The notes: generated by a model from the sequence alone, not told the origin. Shown: positions 46,980 to 60,107, counted from the first letter of the whole stretch. The stretch is 63,345 nucleotides of DNA, filler included, from Choristocarpus tenellus KU-1152 (GCA_964200185.2; 12 parts of 12 records of this genome joined end to end with filler, not necessarily neighbours in it), one strand, 5' to 3'. Program-made: numbers and translations.

Positions 46980-49565
46980 TACCTCCATTTGGCAAAACGA
47001 ACTGTTGAAAAGTATCCCATATTATATCGGAAATTTTACAGAACCGAAAAAGTCCAAACCGTGGTTACAAAGTCTAGTGCATAAGTATTGTTTTGTTTTC
47101 CTCACGAATTCTGGATTATTATTATTCTATTCTACATTTGTATTCCTCCCTATTCCCTTTCTCCCCACATTCTAACAATCCCTGTGACCAACGAGTGCGA
47201 CCTCTTCGCCATTGATTTCCATCCACCGTCCACCTCTGATGACCAACCAGGGCGAACCCCCCTTTGCCCCTGATTTTACTTTCTTGCGCCATGGTTATTT
47301 TTTTCAATGTAATAATTGATGCCCACGAAACTTCCCTAGGGTTAGCCCTCAAATGTCTACCATTGTAACCAGTAGCCCCTTATCCACAAGGTCCTCTCAC
47401 AATTTTATGCAGGGTGGTTGCCCCACTAATGTGACCTTAATTTCTCCCCCCACCCCTTTTAGTGACTTGAACTGATTATCCCACTATTAGCCACTGCTCC
47501 TTCTTAAATAACTTTCTTTCACTGTGATGGTTTGTTAATTATTGTAGAAACGATAGCCCTCAAATGCCTACCCTTGTTAGCAGTAGCCCCTTATTCGCCA
47601 GGCCATCGCAAATTTTTACACAGGGTGGTGCAGGAGCTACGATTAATCATTCCCCTCCCCACCTCTTTATATTGGTGTACTCTTCTTTACCTCCATATTT
47701 TCCAATATGATGCTCTCATCCAATCCCTTTTAACTATCGCATCTCGTTTTTAATTATCTCTCCGACCGTACATCTACTCACAGTCCCCAATTCTTACTCT
47801 CGAGGCATTCACTCAACTTCAAAACCCCACGTACCACGTGTCCTCCTTCAGTACTTTGAAATTATCTCTACCTACTTTCATAGCGGTCACTCCACCTAAA
47901 ACAAATCCCAACTACCACGTCCCTCATTCAGTCCTATCTATACACAGGTTTACTATTTTTCCGTATTTCTTGTACCACATCCTCTCCCAACTTGTAGCTA
48001 TGCTACAGAATATATATGACTACTCATATTGACATAACCGTTTATTCACAGGGTATCTATGCCTAATAAACATCCCATTACTAGCCTTGTACCTTCCGCG
48101 GGTGACCCTTGTCTGGGGTGGTCCCCCCTACATCATCCTACAATGCACCCACGCTGTTCATTTTTTCTTGCCATACAGGTTGGGTTGGACCATATCTGCC
48201 GCGGACAACAACCCACGTACCCTATCGCCGATCGATATAGACCCGATATCTGTCCCAGCTCTACATTTCAAGCCATATTTTATCTGTAATTTACCAGATT
48301 GTCGCAGGTACACTACCTCTAACCTGACCTATTATCTTTTCTCTTTTTGTCGTGAGCTCCATGTGATAAACATGTTAGTGACATAAACGGTACACTCTAC
48401 TATTCGTCCCCACCTACCCTTTACACTGTCACTCTGGCAGGGCCCTCAATCCTTTTCCGTCCTGCTGTGTCTATCAACCTATAAGATATTATTGTTTGTA
48501 ACCTGCAGCATTAACATGTACTCCCCTCTCTGCCAAGACGACTACTGTCGGAATTGGCCCAATCCGCCATTTACGCGTTTCTCCTGTTTAACTCTGCCAT
48601 AACATCGATAACCTCGTGGTCTGTCCGTAGTTTCTTCTTCTATGGATTTCCCGGGTGCCCCTTACATTTTGTCTGAATTTCTCACTTACTATACACATGT
48701 CCTACTCCTACCATACAATTGTCTACGGTGTTTTTCATCGTCACCTACATCGCCCCCCTTCCTTGTGAGCTATTCCCTACCATTTGTATATCTTGTTCTC
48801 ACGTATCCCCCCGCCTTTTCCAAATGGCCCTTCCCTCCTTCAACTGTGGGGAAGATTGCTCGGGTTCTTCCTTGATCCATTCTGACGAAAGATTGCTCAG
48901 GGATTCTCTCAATCTAGCCCTCCACTACTTGTCCCCCAGCCTCAGGAATCCTCTTTGATTGAATACTCTTCATTCCTTCTCCCCTTGCGCCTCCGTCTGC
49001 CCCCTATTTTCTTACCACTTGATCTCTAACTCTTCGTTTCCCTCCTTCATACTATTAGTTCTTTACTCTCCCCCCCCTTCCTTGCCTTGTACCCCCAATC
49101 AACCAGAATTCTTCCGCCCACAAAGTCAGATTACGTCATAAAATTTGCCTTATTTTTTCCCCCTGACACATCTGCAAGATGTCGGAGGGCATAATAATAA
49201 AATAAAATGATATGACGACCTTCACTCAAAAGATATACATTCTACCTCCATTTCGCAGAACGAACTGTTAAAAAGTATCCCATACAATATCGGAACTTCT
49301 AAAGAACCTAAAAAAGTCCAACCTGTGGTTTGTTTTGCTCACGAATTCTGGATTATTATTATTATTTGCTCATTCCTACTTTGCTATTCCTCTATCCTCT
49401 ATTCCCCATTTGATGACCAACCAGTGCGAATGCCCTTCGTCACTGATTGCCAGCCATCCCCATTTGATGACCAACCAGTGCAATGCCCTTTGTCACTGAT
49501 TGCCAACCATGACATTCGATGACCAACCAGTGCAAATGCCCTTCATCACTGATTACCAGCCATCC
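46980..49565. repeat. Direct repeats 46980-47270 and 49243-49450 about 2.26 kb apart, with GATGACCAACCAG sub-repeats
   Basis: ACCTCCATTT..AACGAACTGTT.AAAAGTATCCCATA...CTCACGAATTCTGGATTATTATTATT occurs twice. Confidence 0.85.
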
Positions 49566-49759
49566 TTTCAACCCACACAAGTTCCCACTCCCCTCAATCC
49601 CACAGCAGTTCTCACACCACTCAACACCACTCCACAATCATCCAAGAAGACATCTACCCCGCCATAACTTGACCTCCCCTCCCCATTTGGGGTGGATTTC
49701 TTCTCTCTCATCTCGTTACCTCCTGACCTGGTTGTACCCAATCCTTCCTACTCTCTGCC

Positions 49760-50325
49760 AAGCCCCCTAACACTGACACTGGATCCTTCTGGTTTGTCCT
49801 AATGTACACCATAAACGCACTCGACTTCCCCCTTCCTTCCCGCTGTATTACCAGTTCTGATACCCCCATGTTCGCCACTCTCATGGCTCCCCCTATCCTC
49901 CCTGAATGCAAGGCATATTCCTCGGGTTTTGACTAACATTCCTTTTGACCCTGTAAATGTTACCTCTACTTTTTCTGCCTGGTGTCTATCCTCCCACCTA
50001 AAACGTTCTACTCTCCTCCTCCATACTATGTCCCTCCTTACTGCAAAATCTCCATGTACTCCTCCCCCTTCATCCTAGGCCCGCAATTTTGAGTCTCTGA
50101 TTAAACAGATGAATAAGGAACCCAAACCTAGCCTTATCAGTTTACCTTCCATACCTAGCATTTCAGAGCCTCTCTTTGTCTCTCCAATCATTCTCCATGT
50201 TAGGGGTTTCCTCTTACTGGGCTCCGATTGGATCATGACATGTGTGGGGAGTTTGAAGTTGATGACATGTTTATGGTCGGATTGGGTTGCTGCTATCTTG
50301 CCCTTAACTGTACTTACTTAGTCCC
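49760..50325 (-). mobile_element. Decayed tyrosine recombinase of a DIRS/Ngaro-like retroelement
   Basis: RKPLTW, V.VTFTGSK, YALHSGRIGGA (HxxR), GRGKSSAFMVYIR (GRWxS...Y); stops and an internal deletion. Confidence 0.75.
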
Positions 50326-50440
50326 NNNNNNNNNNNNNNNNNNNNNNNNNNNNNNNNNNNNNNNNNNNNTTAATTAATTAANNNNNNNNNNNNNNNNNNN
50401 NNNNNNNNNNNNNNNNNNNNNNNNNAAGAGGACGAGGAAA

Positions 50441-50508
<68 letters not shown>

Positions 50509-51340
50509 GTGCCACTCCGGCCTTCCGGTGCTCTGGATCCAAGATGTTGATGTCGCGTAATACAGTCATGTTGTGTTCTTAGGGGATCATCGTGTGTATG
50601 ACCAGACAGACCTTCACGCACTTTGCCTACACTAATTCAAGACAAAAACACCCCAAACACATTCTGTGTTGAGGTTATCTTGATGCAGAGCACGGCCCCA
50701 GACGAACATTTCTTTTTCTATTGTTGGGTATAAAGGTATGTGAATGACACTAATAAAATGTCCCGGTTGGTACATTGGCTATTGTGAATCATTCAAAACG
50801 CCTTCCTCAATCTCTACGTACCATATCGCAACGTTCTCCAAGTACGGGAATACTGTTGTAGCGATAGTAGCATAGTATTATCAGACTGTGCCTTGCTCAC
50901 ACCCCACAATTAAATAACAATGCGAAAAGCTGTCTCGATTGACAGTCAAATTCTCAACAGTCTTATCATACAACTAGTAATGATGTAGAGCCAATATAAG
51001 ATCTTTTACATCATTATGAGCGTTCTTGTATGCCTCACTCAAACCCCTTACATGCATATATTTAACTTTATTGCTGATAACAGTATTTGTATCAATAGCA
51101 TCAAACAATTCTCATAGGGACAGATCCCCCCCCCCCCCCCCCCAGCAATCAAGAACACGATTTCTTATTATAAAAACACTGCAACAAGCATAGCAACAAC
51201 GGAAGCGTTCAATAACCCTAACCCTAACCCTAACCCAAACCCAATCCCATTTTAATCAGAGAACACAAAAAGGGTGATGAGGAAAGAGACGGGGAACATT
51301 AGCTGAGTCAGGGGGGAAGGGGAGGGAGGCTAATCAGCAC

Positions 51341-53114
51341 CTGGTAGGCAGGATCGCAGAGCTTATCCGTACTCCGTAGGTTGACCCACAGCTGCAGCCC
51401 TCGCCCTTTGCTGGAACCACCAGGCATCTCTGCATGGACAATGCCCTTCCCCTGCAATTTCAACAAAGGATTTTGTTAACATTGGGAAGGCCTCGGTGGG
51501 CGTGTGCATGCGCATCCCACACTTAATCAAGTTTCGCATATGGTGAGGATTACAATCGATAGCCCAGATTATAGAGGGGGGGGGAGGGGGGTTGTTTGGA
51601 TATTTATTAACAATAGGTAGAGGAAACATTCCATCGTATTTGACTTAACCTTACCTGCTGTCCAGAGTGTGGTGCATCAAGTGTGTTCACTCTGTGCTGG
51701 GATGAGGGAAATGAACAGCACAAAGGTATGCATACACAAATATATTTCAATTCCAGGTTTGGTGGGGTACTAGCAAAAAGGATGAATGCATCATAGGTTA
51801 GGGTTAGGGTTAGGGTTACAGGATCCACGTATATCCAACGCAGTGTGAGCACTTCGAACAAATAATGGGTCAGTACCTACACCAGAGTTACTTCGAACAA
51901 ATAACAGGTCAGTACCTACACCAGAGTTCGATGGGCAATTTTTTTTTTTTCAAGTGTTCTGAATCGCAGCAGTTCAATCGGGTTCAGTCAACTAATTGGA
52001 ATATGACTCCAAAAAAGAACAAAAAAAAAAGTTCAGTTATGCGAACATTAAAAAATACACGACACACACACAACCAGAAGTGCCAATTACCGAATTTGGC
52101 TGAGGTCACAGAAGGGTCACATACCCGTTTCAAGGTGAGGCACACCGCTGCCCACAAGTCACTGCACATTTTTCACTCTTAAGCGACTTGGGATTTTCCT
52201 GCTGAGTGAGACCAGTCCGGTTCGATTCGATTCAATTACCTCAAGACTTTCTCAACAGGATGTAATTGGACAATCATAGATTTTATCGCACAACACAGCA
52301 ATACAAACTGTGCATAATAATACCAAGCGTGTAGATTCGTACAAGTTCACCTACGGCAATCAAGTGCATAAATACCAATCGTATCGCGGATAGCTGGTGC
52401 AGTACGTTATTGCTACAGTTAGCTGTTGAATTATGTGTTGGATAGTTTTTCAAACCCCACAGTAGTAGCAGATGACTCGACCACAAACCAGAGCACTACA
52501 GAGCAAGCGCCACAGAGCACGTTGGTGTCTCAAAAAAAAAAAAAACGCTTCCTGATCGATTTTTAAGCGTTGGTTCTCGTATTCAGTAGAACGGAAAGGA
52601 CAATTCAAAAAAATTGTTCCACTCACCGCCGTCATCCACTGCAAACTCCCTGGACCGATCTTCCCCCTTGCATTCCATTAATCCACAAATAACAGGCACC
52701 GTGAGTGGGGATACGGGGGGAGGGGGGAGGGGGCCCCTCGGAATTATGACCGGCTTGAAATTCAAAGTTATCTCATCCAAGATGGCCCCCACAATACCCA
52801 GTATCCAATAAGCACAAAAGATAGAGAGGCCTGTCATAACAAAACGCTGTCTCCAGCATCTTCAGGCACTTGCTCCCTCAAGTGGGGTAGAAGTGGGGCA
52901 CGGCATAACTGGTGTGTAAGTTATCAACTTTCAATGCGCACTATATCAAGGTGCATCTGCTTCACTGGGACATGCAACTGAGAGCTCTCAACTTGTGGGA
53001 AGTGCATGCTTTGTACATCAATGAAGCCGACAGTGATGTTAATCACACCTGTGTCCACAGAAATCCTCGTGTTCGACTTCACCATCAAGCATGTAGGTGA
53101 CCGTCTCGAAACCC
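51341..53114 (-). CDS. Pirin-family cupin, three internal exons (53049-53114, 52627-52666, 51341-51451)
   Basis: Spliced peptide [45 protein letters not shown]...GLQLWVNL...DKLCDPAYQ; GT-AG introns with matching phases. Confidence 0.93.
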
Positions 53115-53438
53115 CTTGAGAGTCAAGAAGGGGATGGAGGGAAAGTGAGAGGAGACAGGTTGGGAAATGTTGTAGTGAAAATTTAGAGCAGCAGACGAAC
53201 ATACAGCGCACAAGCATAGTGGAAACCTGTACTAATAAGAGCACTATTGTGGGACACATCATATCATGATGTAACATATCCACTATCAACAGTTACTCCA
53301 TGTATATTCTATGCTATTGATTGGTGTGTCGATCAATGACTTGAGAGCCATTGGGCTCTCCTTAGTGGACTGTTGGAAGCAGGAGGCTCTAGCCCTTACG
53401 CCATGTCACTTTACGGACCACGTCCAAGATGGTAAGTA

Positions 53439-53651
53439 GCAAATTTCGCTGCTAGTATCATTGGTTTTAATGAAACCGATATAGAGACTTTTGACCGTTC
53501 AAAGGCTAGCCTTTTTGCAAACTCTTTAAATGGCGGTGAACCACTTAAGAATTATCTAAATTATCGTTATTTTGATTCCAAAACAGAGAACTTTTTACTA
53601 ACCGATTCTGCTGCGATTATGGAAAGTTATGAACGAATATGCTCGAAATAA
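53439..53651 (+). pseudogene. AT-rich start-less ORF fragment resembling the N-terminus of bacterial F-type TraC
   Basis: 70 open codons, ...IIGFNETDIE...PLKNYLNYRYFDSKTENFLLTDS...; identification from remembered motif only. Confidence 0.4.
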
Positions 53652-53760
53652 TCAGTTTTTNNNNNNNNNNNNNNNNNNNNNNNNNNNNNNNNNNNNNNNN
53701 NNNNTTAATTAATTAANNNNNNNNNNNNNNNNNNNNNNNNNNNNNNNNNNNNNNNNNNNN

Positions 53761-53920
53761 GAGGGGGGTGGTCTACACCGGGGTGTCCATTCGGGCCCTG
53801 ACCAGGAGAGGTGAACTTACAGTATCCATCCGACACATGCAACCAAATCACCCAATAATCTTGACATGTAAAAATGGGCCCCGAATTAACAGCCAGGACC
53901 CCCCCCAGATACGTTGAGCC
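53761..53920. mobile_element. MITE family B, left end in the gap
   Basis: Internal consensus; ends CAGATACGTTGAGCC. Confidence 0.85.
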
Positions 53921-54097
53921 AATATATTGATATTGCCACCATTTAGAGATTAGGAATCTTTTCAGAGGTGAACAGATCAGTTGTGGGTTTGCATTTCATT
54001 TAATTGAATTCACCACTATTTGTGAGAGAAATATGATTTTAAACAAGTTCGAGCACCCCGCCCGACCCAGGAAAAAAAACTAATGTAAATGTAAAAA

Positions 54098-54168
54098 TAC
54101 GACGACGGGGACTCGAACCCCGGGCATAACCTTGGGAGGGTTATATGTTACCCCTACACCACCGTCGT
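54098..54168 (-). tRNA. tRNA-Gly(CCC)
   Basis: 71-nt cloverleaf: acceptor ACGACGG/TCGTCGT-A, anticodon arm TAACC-CTCCCAA-GGTTA, T arm CGGGG-TTCGAGT-CCCCG; a T5 Pol III terminator follows immediately. Confidence 0.9.
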
Positions 54169-54971
54169 TACTTCTTTATGATGATCACTATTTCATACCC
54201 TTTATTCTATGTATTTCAACAAAAGTATATGAAATATGTCCGGGTTTTTCAATAAGCAGAAATCAATACTCTCAAGTCAAACTCAGCCCTTCTCATGTTA
54301 CATGCTCTTCATGATTTCGAATCAAGAAAGTCCAGAGATGATTTCAAAGCGATCTATTATGAACATATTGTGAAACAGATGGAAACAAGCCTACAGGTTC
54401 TTCGTACTGAAGGGAAGCGCGAAGACCCACATGAGGCAAGGAATAGGAGAGAGACAAGACAGAGGAAGAGCAATCCCTCGGAAGATCACTCAAGAAAGAG
54501 TGAGCAAGTAGAAAAGTGAATGAGGGGGGGTTGCAAGTTCCCCTCAGACCACCCGCGATTTACTTCACACAGATATTACCTTCAACATGGAAAACAAATG
54601 TCAAATGAATATCAGATTCTTCGAGATAGGTTTCCGTAGAGGTATATTTTATTTGGAAGATGGCTCTCACAATACTGGAATATTAATTAACTTCAACATG
54701 CACATGTACGCGTTTTTCACTGTTGTAACTACTACAAACCGTAGTGGAGATGGTCCAGACACGCCAAAAAAAGGTTAGACTGCCTGCCAGGCATGGTCCG
54801 GACACGCGAGAAAAACGTTAGACTAGTCAGCCAGGGGACACAGACCGGTACCATTGTCCAGTGGGCATGGTCTGGATATGCCATAAAAAGCTAGACCCGA
54901 TCTGGCCGGTCGACATGGACCAGTCCAGCTGGCGGACGGAAACCTTTTCATTTGCTAGCCTCGTGACAACC

Positions 54972-55152
54972 GACCCAAAATATCTGGGGGGGGGGAGGGG
55001 GTCTGCACCAGGGTGTCCATTTGGGTCATGACTGGGAAAAGTGCATTTACATTATCCATCCGACGTATGCAATCAAATAACCAAAAAATCGCACGATGAA
55101 CAAATTGCCCCCCAAATGGACAGCCGCCACCCCCTCTAAGATCCTTCGAGTC
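54972..55152. mobile_element. MITE family B, complete
   Basis: Both termini present; AACC target duplication. Confidence 0.9.
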
Positions 55153-55567
55153 AACCCGTGAAAAAAACAAACCTGGGAATGAGTATATTGTTAGATGGCA
55201 GTTTCTATTAAATCGAACCTCAAAAGTGAGGTGATGTGAAACAAGTCGACTTGGCAAATAGACACTTCGGAATGAAAGGAAGCTGGAAGACAAACAACAG
55301 GTTGTGGGAAGGAGATTTACTACAAAAAATGAAAAGTCATGCCAAGTAAGGTCACTTGGAAGTTAGGAGTGATCGGGCAAGTGGAGAGTGAATTCATGTA
55401 GCTCTACAGAGCGTTCTGGTTTTGATGTCATCAGGAAGAGCTGTTGCTCTGTCTGCATGTAACATTTCACAACAGATGAACAGACACTGAGGGTTATCGT
55501 ATTAAGGGTGACTCAAACAAATGCCTTGGGTATTAGGATGGCCATTGTGCGTTTCTAAATGAGTCCA

Positions 55568-55825
55568 GAGCCAAAGTACCTTAGAGGGTAAAGCCGCGTC
55601 CATTTGGGGGTCAAAATCCAATGTTACGATTTTGATGCAATGTTGGTCATCGTGTTTGTTAGGAAGTGTCAATATCCGTCTTCTGGACACAACGTTTCAT
55701 AGGTATTTTTTTTTACTACTCCGAAACATTTTGGAGTATGTAAAATGTCATAAAAAAGGCATGAGAAGCCAAGCCCCAAATGGACAAACAGGGCAAAACC
55801 CGTACCCTCTAAGATACTTTCACTC
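55568..55825 (-). mobile_element. MITE family A
   Basis: Both TIRs present; TCCA target duplication. Confidence 0.9.
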
Positions 55826-57503
55826 TCCAATAATAGGAAAACGATACAAATTCCTTTACGTCCATAAAATCGCTTTACTCCTTGGGTAGCATACCTGAGT
55901 AAGGCTGCAAATTTGACATTAGGCAGGTGTGTTGACCCTTCTTATGGAAGCAAGGAGTATATATGAAGTGTGGGGGTGAAGAATGTTGATATTCCCTGAT
56001 TGGCAACATGGAAGAACTGTTACATCACGCTCCAAAGGTACCTCCACAGGATGTATAGCTCCAATCCACAGGCCTAGAGATGACGCTGATGCTCGCACAA
56101 GCCTCCCAGGATACTCCCGACAGTCAAAGGTCCAACGAAGGTGATGAATATCCAGTATGCAGATGAGGATACTCTTATGAATCAACAAGCATGAATATAA
56201 GAATTGATATCAGTAAGAGTGAGCCATGGGGGGACTTGAGCCGTTTGGTGTCTGAGTGGTTTGGGATCTCTTATCACCATTTACCGTTTTGTTTTGTTTT
56301 AGTTTGCAGACGTTGGAATAGATCTGAGAACCGTTGCAACATTCCCAAGTTACGGATTTCTCTCTGCAACTTTTAGCAAATCGGAGTCCCCTTTTTGGGG
56401 TTCCACACACGCGCACACTGCTCATGATGGTTAAAGCGCAGGAAGAAATACTCAGACTCTTCACCTGTAACGTAACGATGTTGAATCCTAGTATGGTTTT
56501 TGAACACTTGTCAGTGTGGTAGCCATGTTTTGAAACGATTGGTTGAGGGATATAAGCTTACAACGTCTAAACCGTTGATCATATGAGTTGAATTGTGGTT
56601 TAGTGATGTAGTGGATATATTTTTGGTATTTACCAAGTGGTTGTACATCGAGCTACACGATCGTTTCCGGTTAAGGTGAAGACGTCTGAGTGGTACTGGC
56701 AGTGAAGCAGTCAATCCTAATAACAGGCCGCCCATGAAGTTGAGTATTTCTGTAACATGGCAGCTTCATACACATCCTGCTTGTTAGAAGCTGACTCATA
56801 ATCACGGCCACACCCCACACATGTGGTTGCCAGGAGCATGGTGTGCAAAGGAGCAAGTCCAAGCAAGCTTCTTGGGGATGCCCACACAATAGTTTTGAGT
56901 ATGTGATGTTCAAAGAAAGGTCTGCTACAAACAGAGGGTTTTGTACTTTCAATGATAAGTCAAATGCAGAATAAGATGGCTGAGATGCATGACAATTCAG
57001 CACAGCTATTGCTAGGGCAAAGTTGGAGTGGAAGTTTTGCGAAAATTTTCTCCTTTCAGTTGATCCCCAACGTTGGGTACTCATATCTTAGGGCTCTCTA
57101 CTATTGATGGCATTAATTCCTAAAATACTACCTACATTTAGGATTTGTGACCAGTATATTATTTCCTTGTCCGCTTGCGTGATGATAGTGTTAAAACAGT
57201 ATATGTATGCTTCACAGTGGGGGGCATGTTACGGGATATGGTTCAGGATAGGTTTTGTGTACGGATTATTTGAATCAAGGAGTTAGTGGGACTTGCTAAT
57301 CAGGAAATTGTACTACTGCAAGGATACACCTCCCACAACTCTTGTGCAGTCCTAGACTCTGTGCTGCTTCACACTGAATTCTGGCCACTCTATCTCTCTT
57401 TTTTTTGTGTATTCGTGGTGTAGTGTATCTAAGAGTAGGAACTGACCAGGACAGTTATACAGCTGAGAGGTGCATACCTCATACCACTTGCCATGTGATC
57501 TTT

Positions 57504-57946
57504 GTTTCAAAGTGTCTGGGGGGGGTGGCGACTGTCCATTTTGGGGACAATTTTTTCATGTCGTGATTCTTGGGCGATTGAGCCATAGTATCTTAGAGGG
57601 TAGGGCCGCGTCCATTTGGAGGTCAAAATCAAATTTGTGATTTTGATGTAATTTTGGCTATCATGCTTGTTAGGAAGTGTCAATACCCTTGTTCCGGATA
57701 CACCTTTTCATATCGGATACATTTTCCTACTCCAAAAAAGGTTTGGAGTAGGAAAATGTCATAAAAGAACCCATGGGAAGCCAAGCCCCAAATGGCCAAA
57801 CAGGGCCAAACTCGTACCATCTAAGATACTTGCACTCATTTGGTTGCATACGTCGGATGAATCGTGTAAATGCACTTTTCCTGATTTTGGACCAAATGGA
57901 CACCCTGATGTAGACCCCCCCCCCCCTCCCAGAGATACTTCAGGTT
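57504..57946. mobile_element. MITE family B with a nested family A copy (57580-57837)
   Basis: Family B sequence GGGCG-ATT-TGGTTGC is split by A with ATT duplicated. Confidence 0.9.
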
Positions 57947-60107
57947 TTTTGATAATCGAAACCAAACTTCCCAGCGAAGAAGGGAGACATGGTTCAATCC
58001 TGCCCATGCCTTTGAAGGAATGCTGGCCAATGAGCTACGATGCTGCTCGATTCAAATAGTACTGAGTATATGGCCGCAGTTGGCCCGTTCAATGGTGCTT
58101 AACCCAAGAGAAATGTGTATGTGTGTGTGATTGGCCGTGCTTAACTGATGTCTATTCCCATCACAAAATTATACACACAAAACAAAATTCGACGTACACA
58201 TGACATATTCTTGTACAAAAATAGATCGGAAGGTCTAACTGTGAAATGGCACTAGTTGAATTGTGCGGAATAGAAGGGACATATTCCAGAGTAATAAATT
58301 GGGTTTGTATGGATGAAAATGTGAACTTATCTTTCCCATTTTTGTGAAATAGCCAAGATGACTGAGAGGTAGGGGGTATGTATGGTACCAAAAGGTAGCA
58401 ACAGTTGCACCCACTGGAATGATACTTACAGGTAAGTTCAGCCAAAAAGGACGCATGCTTCCTTCAACATCCCCTACCTTGTCAATCTCGACATCAACAT
58501 AATTTTACTGTTCTTGTACGAGATAGAGGTCTATGATAGATGCAGCACATATAATGTTGGTAGTGCTGCGAATCGTGTAGCGATTGAGCTGAAACTGAAA
58601 ATTGAGGAGTAATTTTCAGGACTTTTCACTGGCCAGCAAATAAAAAACGTCTTGCCCACCGATCCCATAATTCCTTAACACGTCTCCAGTCCATGTCCAC
58701 TGATCATCCGGTCTAACGTTTTTCATTGCATCTCCAGACCATTGCCACCCATCAGTTCAATTATTTTGTGGAATATCAGGACTTAAGTCCATTACCCGTA
58801 ATGGACATGTATCACAAATCACCTCACACACTCAACTATGTAATTTATTAAATTTACAATTTTAATATTCCAAATAACATGCAAACCTACATCAAACTAT
58901 GTGAGGCAACAAAACGACCCAACTCAACGAAACTGACTCACTTGTCACTTCTTCGATATATTGTGGCCAGTCATTAGTTGACCTATTTACCTTTTTGGGG
59001 GTCTCTTCGTCAAGTACCCAGATCCTCAACAAACCACCCCCACAAGGAGTTTTGCTATTCATTGTCTGGTTGTCCATGCCCAAGACTTCCTCTGCTAAGG
59101 ACAGGACAACACACACCTGCAGTAGTTCGAGGGAACCATTGTGAACTTCGCTTGAGCAGCTTTTACTGTTTCACAAGTCTGCCAGGATATTGCGACACAA
59201 TGATGCCCAAGACACCAGATCTACTGGGGTCATAACCCCAATTGAAAACGGATCGAGAACAACCACATAGCAGCAAGTCAGTGCATGCTAGTTAATAATC
59301 ACGATAAGGATTAGGTCAGGGAGTGAAATTACCACCAAAATATGGCACTTATAGTGAATTGATCCCTCAAAGAAGCGTCACCCCTGGTGATTCAAAGCGC
59401 TATATCCTAGGTGAAATATTTATGGCTGTGTCCCCATATATGATGACAACTGCCTCGTTCCCTATCGCAATGCTCACGTTGCGCATGGAGAGAAAACAAA
59501 GCTCCTTTGTCCACTAGATCGAATATTGAAGATGATACTCTACACACCATATCCTAGATTGAAAATCCCGGTTTCTTTTGCTGGGCGATGATTTGAGGAC
59601 TGTGTACATCGTTCCAGCTGTGGGGTGAACACCGTCTTACTTTAACAATTAACTCTCAAAAGAAGAAAGCGACCTGTAACGTCCTGTAGGTCCGGATACG
59701 AAGCCAAGTGTTTTGGTGCTTGCCCGCAACACCACCGATCTCTTTGACCAATTGTTATATCTGACAGGTGGTTGTGAATCTGCACCTCATTCTCTTCAAG
59801 GCGGAGGTGATTCTACCCGCCCTAATATTCTATGGTGCTTTAATAATGTGGTGAGAAAAGCTTAGTCTAGGCAGTGTTGTCGACTGAGGCTGAGTAAGAT
59901 AGTTCAGGTAAACCTTTTCGTCATATTCTCCTCCAGATTTGGAGTGTGCCCTTTGCCCAGATAAAACTGGACGATATGATGATTATTTTTCGGTGTGTCA
60001 GTAATGCCAACGACCACGTCAGTGTTGGCCCTACTGTACACAGAATCGGAAGTGGAACAAGATACGTTATCCTCGTACTGTGGGTTATACCTTGTACTAA
60101 GGGTCTA

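Larger units (their letters stand above)
54627..58899. mobile_element. Decayed ~4.3-kb DNA element with long imperfect TIRs and TAG...CTA termini
   Basis: 54627-54960 matches the reverse complement of 58630-58899 in several blocks; contains four nested MITEs and broken minus-strand ORFs. Confidence 0.55.

Noticed and set aside
50441-50507. Poly-Pro ORFs from a long G run
   Set aside because: Homopolymer at a contig edge, probably a sequencing artefact.
51363-53289. Helitron PIF1 helicase and OTU-like motifs in listed ORFs
   Set aside because: These are alternative frames of true pirin exons.
21641-58059. Family of similar short ORFs (MLGSVNI..., MSRRRILTLPNK...)
   Set aside because: Chance translations of MITE A copies with inconsistent frames and stops.
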